Shown here in pieces: positions 58,825 to 64,000 of a DNA stretch of 64,000 bases. Each line of letters opens with the position of its first letter. The first letter of the stretch is position 1. The notes beneath the pieces are model-generated. The model had not been told where the DNA came from. It saw only the letters and a program-made list of their open reading frames with translations, and searched no databases. The stretch is taken from NCBI GenBank assembly GCA_026134085.1, contig JAOQIN010000002.1, forward strand, positions 4,859-68,858, given 5' to 3'. The stretch is from Candidatus Methanoxibalbensis ujae (GTDB lineage Archaea > Halobacteriota > Syntropharchaeia > Alkanophagales > Methanospirareceae). A program made the translations under genes and the position numbers.

Positions 58825-60095
58825 TCCACTCTTTCTTCCATCATCTTCTGCTTTATCCTCTTATGATCAATCATTTATCTGCTCTCTCATCCAGCACGAT
58901 GTTCCAAATTCAATGAGGAGTAAGGTAAGGGAAGGGCTCCTCTGCTTTTCCATCTGCCTGGATTCTGCTTGGGTTATGCATTTTGAGCCCCTCTCAAAAA
59001 TGCTTCGTGCGATTTCATGTTTTATCGCACTGTATATCGCACTGTAACCCCTCTCCCCCTATCCGTATCTGCAGGCTTCCGGGATCGCTTTCCTTATTAT
59101 GTTGCATGCAGCGTTTACATCCTTATCTCTTCCCGCCTATGAACAGCCCTCTTATCTTTCTCCCTATGTATTACTAAATTCACCTTTTGCTTCCATTCCC
59201 TGTTGTAACCTACAAACCTTCTGATGTCGTGCTTCGCACACCTCTCCGCAAAAAACTTACTTTCTTTGTGAACTTTCAGCTTCCCTCTTCACTGATAGTC
59301 TATTCATCCTCTTGCTCGTCTTGCCCCCTCGTGCTCCGCAATCTCGCTTTTTCCCTGCTGAAAACCTTCGCAACCCCTCCTTATGAGGTTGCGAACTCCT
59401 AAATTATCCTCGCTGCTCCTGTCCTTTTTCATCTCATCCCCTTCTTTCTCATAAGCTCACATAACTCACACTTGTTATCCTGACCTCCTTCATCCTCTCC
59501 TTATACTCGTATTGAGCATTAAGCCAGCAATCTTCGGGAAAATTAGTTGATCTCCATCAACTCTGATCTGTTGATTCGTGAAAATTCATCGCATTGAAAA
59601 AAGATTTCCGGTTTCTATCTGCTATCATCAAGATCTGCTGAGCAGTCTGAGCTGGAAGCGCTCTTCTCACTCCTCTTCAACAATTTATATGACTTGTATC
59701 TTATCCACATCCCCGCCACATCTCCGAAAAACACCTGCATGATGCCATAATCAGCTTCATTGTGTTCCTACATAGTTCTCATTTTATCATTTGATCATCT
59801 CTCATTCAACGACTACACCTCCAAAACAATCGCATGAACAGTGCTCCTCAATATAATCATCACTCCCTTATTTCATACAAATGATGTTATTGTTTGTTTA
59901 TAGATCTGCTGGTTATTTCTCACACTCCCTCAGTTTTCTCACACCTCCTCGGTGTCTGCATCCCGAACATCCCCCGAGCTCGCAGTCATGAGGAGCGGCG
60001 ATCCACAACAATCTCATCCTCTCACGCTGACCGCATGATAACAAATCCGCAAAATATAAATATATGCAGATGCATATGCACAAAAGGTGAGGAGG

Positions 60096-60326
60096 ATGGG
60101 AGTATTGAGGTATTTACGGAGCGATCCCCTGCTCGCTACGAAGATACTGCTCTATTTTGCAAGTTCAAGACTGCATCCTATGCGACGGCGTGATCTTGAG
60201 GAACTTCAAAGGATTCACGGATTTCACATGGGAAGGGCTGTGATGGGAAGCATCACTCTGCACATCCTCATGTTCCTCGCCTTCTACATTTTCCTCTCCC
60301 AGACATACGGAAGGTTCTGGTTCTGA
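60096..60326 (+). CDS. small hypothetical protein with C-terminal TM helix
   Basis: ATG at 60096 after a GGTGAGGAGG. 76 aa, first ORF of a three-ORF run ending in the antiporter-like gene. Confidence 0.35.
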   Translation: MGVLRYLRSDPLLATKILLYFASSRLHPMRRRDLEELQRIHGFHMGRAVMGSITLHILMFLAFYIFLSQTYGRFWF

Positions 60327-60361
60327 TTACGGCGAAGAGCTGCTGGATTGAGGTGATCAAC

Positions 60362-60619
60362 ATGAAAACGACGCTGTTTCGTATTTTTTATGTATGCCTT
60401 GTCATATGCGCAATTGCTGAACTGTCCGTAGAGATGCACGGTGGCGAGCATCATGCATTCTGGTTTCAGAAAATCCCTCTTTTCCATGCAATACTGGGAT
60501 TTGTATCGTCGGTAGTGCTTGTGCTCGTCGCAAAGGGACTTGGACACTGGCTCAAAAGAGATGAAGATCACTGGGAGAGGGAGTATGCGAAAGTGATGCG
60601 TTGGAAGGAGGAGGTGTGA
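60362..60619 (+). CDS. small two-TM membrane protein
   Basis: ATG at 60362 after a GAGGTGA. It ends 4 nt before the next gene starts. Confidence 0.4.
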   Translation: MKTTLFRIFYVCLVICAIAELSVEMHGGEHHAFWFQKIPLFHAILGFVSSVVLVLVAKGLGHWLKRDEDHWEREYAKVMRWKEEV

Positions 60620-60623
60620 GTAG

Positions 60624-62477
60624 ATGGAGATGGAGATGGAGTGGTTGCATCCCGGTTTCATATTTCTGATAGGTGTGCTCCTGATACCAGTGCTGAAAGG
60701 GAGGATGAGAGCCGCATATCTGATCACATTGCCGATAATCGCACTCATTGACCTCATATTGACGACAGAAGGAGTTTTTGGAGACATCCCATTCTCAGCG
60801 CTCCAAATAAAAGCAGACGACTTCACGCTTGTGTTCGGCAGGGTTGACAATTTAAGTCTCGTTTTCGGATATATATTCGTGATTGCAAGCTTATGTATGA
60901 TTATTTATGCACTTAATGAGCGCAGGGAAGGCATATTTATGTCTGCATTTATATATGTTGGCAGCGCTCTTGGTGTTGTTTTTGCAGGGGACCTCATATC
61001 CTTATACATATTTTGGGAGATAATGGCGTTTTCCTCCCTTTTTCTTATCTGGTATCGTGAGACGGAGGAGGCGCATAAGGCTGGATTCCGTTATATCCTG
61101 TGGCATCTTTTCGGCGGTTGCGTGCTGCTCGCCGGAATAATAATGTATGCGCAGACAACGGGTTCAATTGCGTTCAATGCGTTCACATGGGGTATCGGCT
61201 GGGATTATCTGCCATCATATCTCATCCTTCTCGGATTCTCATTGAATGCTGCCATTCCTCCCCTGCATGCGTGGCTTTCTGATGCGTATCCGGAGGCGAC
61301 AGTCGCAGGAGCGGTATTTCTCACGGCGTTCACAACGAAGAGTGCGATATATGTGCTGCTGCGAGGCTTTCCTGGCGTTGAAATCCTGATATGGTTGGGT
61401 GCGATAATGGCAATTTACGGTATAATCTTCGCTGTTCTTGAGAATGACATACGAAGATTGCTCGCTTATTCCATCATCAGTCAGGGAGGATACATGGTTG
61501 CAGGCGTCGGAATGGGCGTTTCAGGCGAAGTTGGAGAGATTGCGGTGAACGGTGCGATTGCTCATGCCTTCTGTTGCGTTCTTTACATGGCGTTGCTTTT
61601 CATGGCTGCTGGTGCGGTGCTTGAAGTCACGGGAAAGAGCAAACTCACCGAGCTCGGAGGTCTTTACAGATTCATGCCACGAACTTTCTGGCTTTACATG
61701 ATAGGAGCGTTCTCAATTTCAGGATTTCCACTATTCAGCGGATTCGTGAGCAAGACGATGGTCGTAGAAGCGGCGGCGGCGCATGGGCATGAAATCGTGT
61801 GGCTCCTGCTTGAGTGCGCTGCAATCGGAACATTTCTTGTTGTTGGCTTGAAGCTTCCTTACTTCACATTCTTTTCAGGCGTTCAGTGCGAAGCCAGAGA
61901 ACCGCCGAAGAACATGCTTTTTGCGATGGGCATCGTCGCATTTCTCTGCGTTTTCATCGGTATTTTCCCGCAATTCCTCTACGGGATGCTTCCTCACGCC
62001 GTTCATTACGAACCTTACGCTCCCGGACATGTGATTTCAACATGCGATATGCTCATTTTCACTTTCGTCGCTTTCTGGATTCTAAGAGAGAACCTGCGTC
62101 CAGAGCAGAAAATCACACTCGACACAGATTGGCTCTTCCGAATTCTCGGTCGCAGGTTCATATGGTTCTGCGAGCAGCCACTCATAACATTCGCCGAGAT
62201 CATTGATGGTGCACTGAAGAAAATCGCAGGTTTCTTCGCATTGTTCGCAAATAACCCCGCAGTTGCGTCAAGAATGCTCATTGCACTGACAGGTGCAGCA
62301 GTTCTCAGGCCTCTCAACATGAATGAGAAGTATGTGCGTGATCTGGAGCAATTGAGGCGCGACTATCCGGAGGAGATGGCACACATGACACGCGTGGGCT
62401 TCGGCGTCCTGCTCTCTCTCATGTTCTTAACGCTGTATCTTTTCATATACCTCTCATACGGTGTCCTGTGGCGTTGA
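60624..62477 (+). CDS. proton-conducting membrane transporter subunit (NuoL/M/N - MrpD/MnhD family)
   Basis: 617 aa with about 16 TM helices. It has the antiporter-like core WEIMAFSS...LNAAIPPLHAWLSDAYPEA... Confidence 0.8.
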   Translation: MEMEMEWLHPGFIFLIGVLLIPVLKGRMRAAYLITLPIIALIDLILTTEGVFGDIPFSALQIKADDFTLVFGRVDNLSLVFGYIFVIASLCMIIYALNERREGIFMSAFIYVGSALGVVFAGDLISLYIFWEIMAFSSLFLIWYRETEEAHKAGFRYILWHLFGGCVLLAGIIMYAQTTGSIAFNAFTWGIGWDYLPSYLILLGFSLNAAIPPLHAWLSDAYPEATVAGAVFLTAFTTKSAIYVLLRGFPGVEILIWLGAIMAIYGIIFAVLENDIRRLLAYSIISQGGYMVAGVGMGVSGEVGEIAVNGAIAHAFCCVLYMALLFMAAGAVLEVTGKSKLTELGGLYRFMPRTFWLYMIGAFSISGFPLFSGFVSKTMVVEAAAAHGHEIVWLLLECAAIGTFLVVGLKLPYFTFFSGVQCEAREPPKNMLFAMGIVAFLCVFIGIFPQFLYGMLPHAVHYEPYAPGHVISTCDMLIFTFVAFWILRENLRPEQKITLDTDWLFRILGRRFIWFCEQPLITFAEIIDGALKKIAGFFALFANNPAVASRMLIALTGAAVLRPLNMNEKYVRDLEQLRRDYPEEMAHMTRVGFGVLLSLMFLTLYLFIYLSYGVLWR

Positions 62478-62650
62478 GGCGTTGAGAGAGCCGCCAAGAG
62501 CCAAGAGCGCCAGTGCATGATCTGAGTGATGAGGATGGATGAGTGATGAGATAAGTGATGATTTTAGCGCCACTGTGGAGATGCTGAAGAGATGGGAAAC
62601 AAGAAAAGAAAAAACAGGAGAAGATAACAAAAAAGAACAAAGAAGTGAGT

Positions 62651-63442
62651 TCAGGAGCGTATGAGCAGAGTTCCTTTGGCCTTTTTCTCACCGATAGCGA
62701 AGTCGCCCCTGTATTTTTTATATTCTTCGCCGTCTATTGTGACGGTTTCCTCGTATTTGAAGGAAGGCATCATGTCTATCACTTTTCCCTTCACGATTAT
62801 TTCACCGCCGCTCATGTTCGCGCCGGGCATCACCGCATCTCCTTCTATCACGATTTTTCCGCCTTTCATGTCAAGACCTGCGAGCATGTCCGCGTTTCCT
62901 CTGACTGTGATCTCACCGCCAGCCATATATTGAGCGATGCATTCACCTGCATTTCCCTTCACCACGACTGTTCCCCCTGTCATTCCTGTTGTCTCACCGC
63001 GGTAGCATGCGCATAGATTGTCGCCTGCATCTCCCTCTATGATGAGGGTGCCTCCGTGCATCTCACATCCCGCCCAGCAGTCTGCCGAGCCATTCACGGT
63101 TATTCTGCCACCCCTCATCCTTGCGCCGCAGTGCATGCCAACAGAGCCTTCCGCAACGATCTCACCGGCGCTCATCTCATATCCTATGCGCTTCACCTTG
63201 CGAAGCTCCCCCTCAAAGACAACTTTCACCTCTTCCGCACCTGAAGCATCGCCCGAGACGCTCACCTCAAAGATGCGCTCAACATTCTCCTGACGATTGC
63301 CCCACCAGACCTTTGTTGATTTTATCTCATCCTCCCCCTCGCCGAACAGTTTATCAGGTGTGAGCGGGCTCACATCAACAGGAACCTCGGCAGCACCACT
63401 CCTCAACGCTCCATCACGAAGCTTGAACACTATCTGACGCAT
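62651..63442 (-). CDS. fwdC: formylmethanofuran dehydrogenase subunit C
   Basis: Repeated G-x-x-M-x-G-G-x-I-x-V-x-G beta-helix units characteristic of FwdC, 263 aa. Confidence 0.9.
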   Translation of the reverse strand: MRQIVFKLRDGALRSGAAEVPVDVSPLTPDKLFGEGEDEIKSTKVWWGNRQENVERIFEVSVSGDASGAEEVKVVFEGELRKVKRIGYEMSAGEIVAEGSVGMHCGARMRGGRITVNGSADCWAGCEMHGGTLIIEGDAGDNLCACYRGETTGMTGGTVVVKGNAGECIAQYMAGGEITVRGNADMLAGLDMKGGKIVIEGDAVMPGANMSGGEIIVKGKVIDMMPSFKYEETVTIDGEEYKKYRGDFAIGEKKAKGTLLIRS

Positions 63443-63454
63443 TTCAGCTCCCCC

Positions 63455-64000
63455 CTATCCGCTCATGGGCGCCTTTATCACATATGGATGCGGAGTGTAA
63501 ACATCCTGCACAGGATAGTTTGAGAGTGAGACCGTGTAATACTCTTTGAACAGGCGCTCAATGTCTTTCATGACCTCGTTCATAAGTGATTCTTCGCATT
63601 CGGGCTCAACATAAAATGTCCTGCCTTCGGGCGTTGCGACAATCTCACCGTCCTTCACGACAATTTCACCGCATTTTATTGTGTATTTTGCGTTCAAAAA
63701 TGCACGCTGAACAGCACCTGCGTCACTTTCTTCATGGGATATTCCATATATTGCGACATCTGCATCTGCTCCGACGCCGAGATGTCCCTTTCCATGATTG
63801 TGCAACCCCAGTATTTTAGCTGCTGAAGCTCTTGTTATGATTGCGATCTCGTGGAAATCAAGCTCTCTGTCAATTGAAGCGAGCGAAGATCTGTCAAACA
63901 CCGCAGGGTGAACCTCCTTCATCACCTCATCCCTGCGCTTCTTGCTCATAAGCATTGATATGAGTATGGGATATCCTATGAAAGGCCCTGCGTTTGGATG
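63455..64000 (-). CDS. fwdA: formylmethanofuran dehydrogenase subunit A (C-terminal part; gene continues beyond window)
   Basis: Amidohydrolase-type C-terminus (GHLGVGADADVAIY). The reading frame stays open upstream of the tracked Met to base 64000. Confidence 0.85.
   Translation of the reverse strand, partial: HPNAGPFIGYPILISMLMSKKRRDEVMKEVHPAVFDRSSLASIDRELDFHEIAIITRASAAKILGLHNHGKGHLGVGADADVAIYGISHEESDAGAVQRAFLNAKYTIKCGEIVVKDGEIVATPEGRTFYVEPECEESLMNEVMKDIERLFKEYYTVSLSNYPVQDVYTPHPYVIKAPMSG

Overview
Archaeal chromosome segment of methanogen/ANME-like character: fwdB, fwdC and fwdA, a CfbE-like F430 ligase, an FrhB/FdhB-family protein, archaeal aaRS genes, ftsZ, hef and an RNase P RNA. Most of the window is tightly packed housekeeping genes, including eno, pheT-rimI-tyrS, trpS, purS, hisD, hemD, trpB, udg and a PPAT fusion. 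Three things stand out. (1) A roughly 12-kb, visibly AT-richer accessory island lies at about 14.9-27.1 kb. In it, single genes or small gene sets are separated by at least 8 copies of a 110-150-bp structured repeat. The repeat resembles integron attC sites: conserved TTAAC...GTTAAGTGAAATGCC outer boxes, inner stems that covary, and left arms complementary to the start of their own cassette. The units form two tail-to-tail sub-arrays, and no integrase, transposase or viral gene is visible. Cargo includes peroxiredoxin, a decayed superoxide reductase, KatG, an ICMT-family methyltransferase, a multiply frameshifted Cas3-like helicase, a type II R-M pair and several unknowns. (2) A single 13.2-kb ORF encodes a giant multidomain surface protein. 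(3) Several long ORF-free stretches occur. One hides an RNase P RNA, one carries an isolated rpl14 next to a decayed DUF2341-like gene, and one is a 1.26-kb pyrimidine-skewed gap. Coordinates of RNAs, repeats and pseudogenes are approximate. All homology calls come from reading the translations by eye, with no database search.
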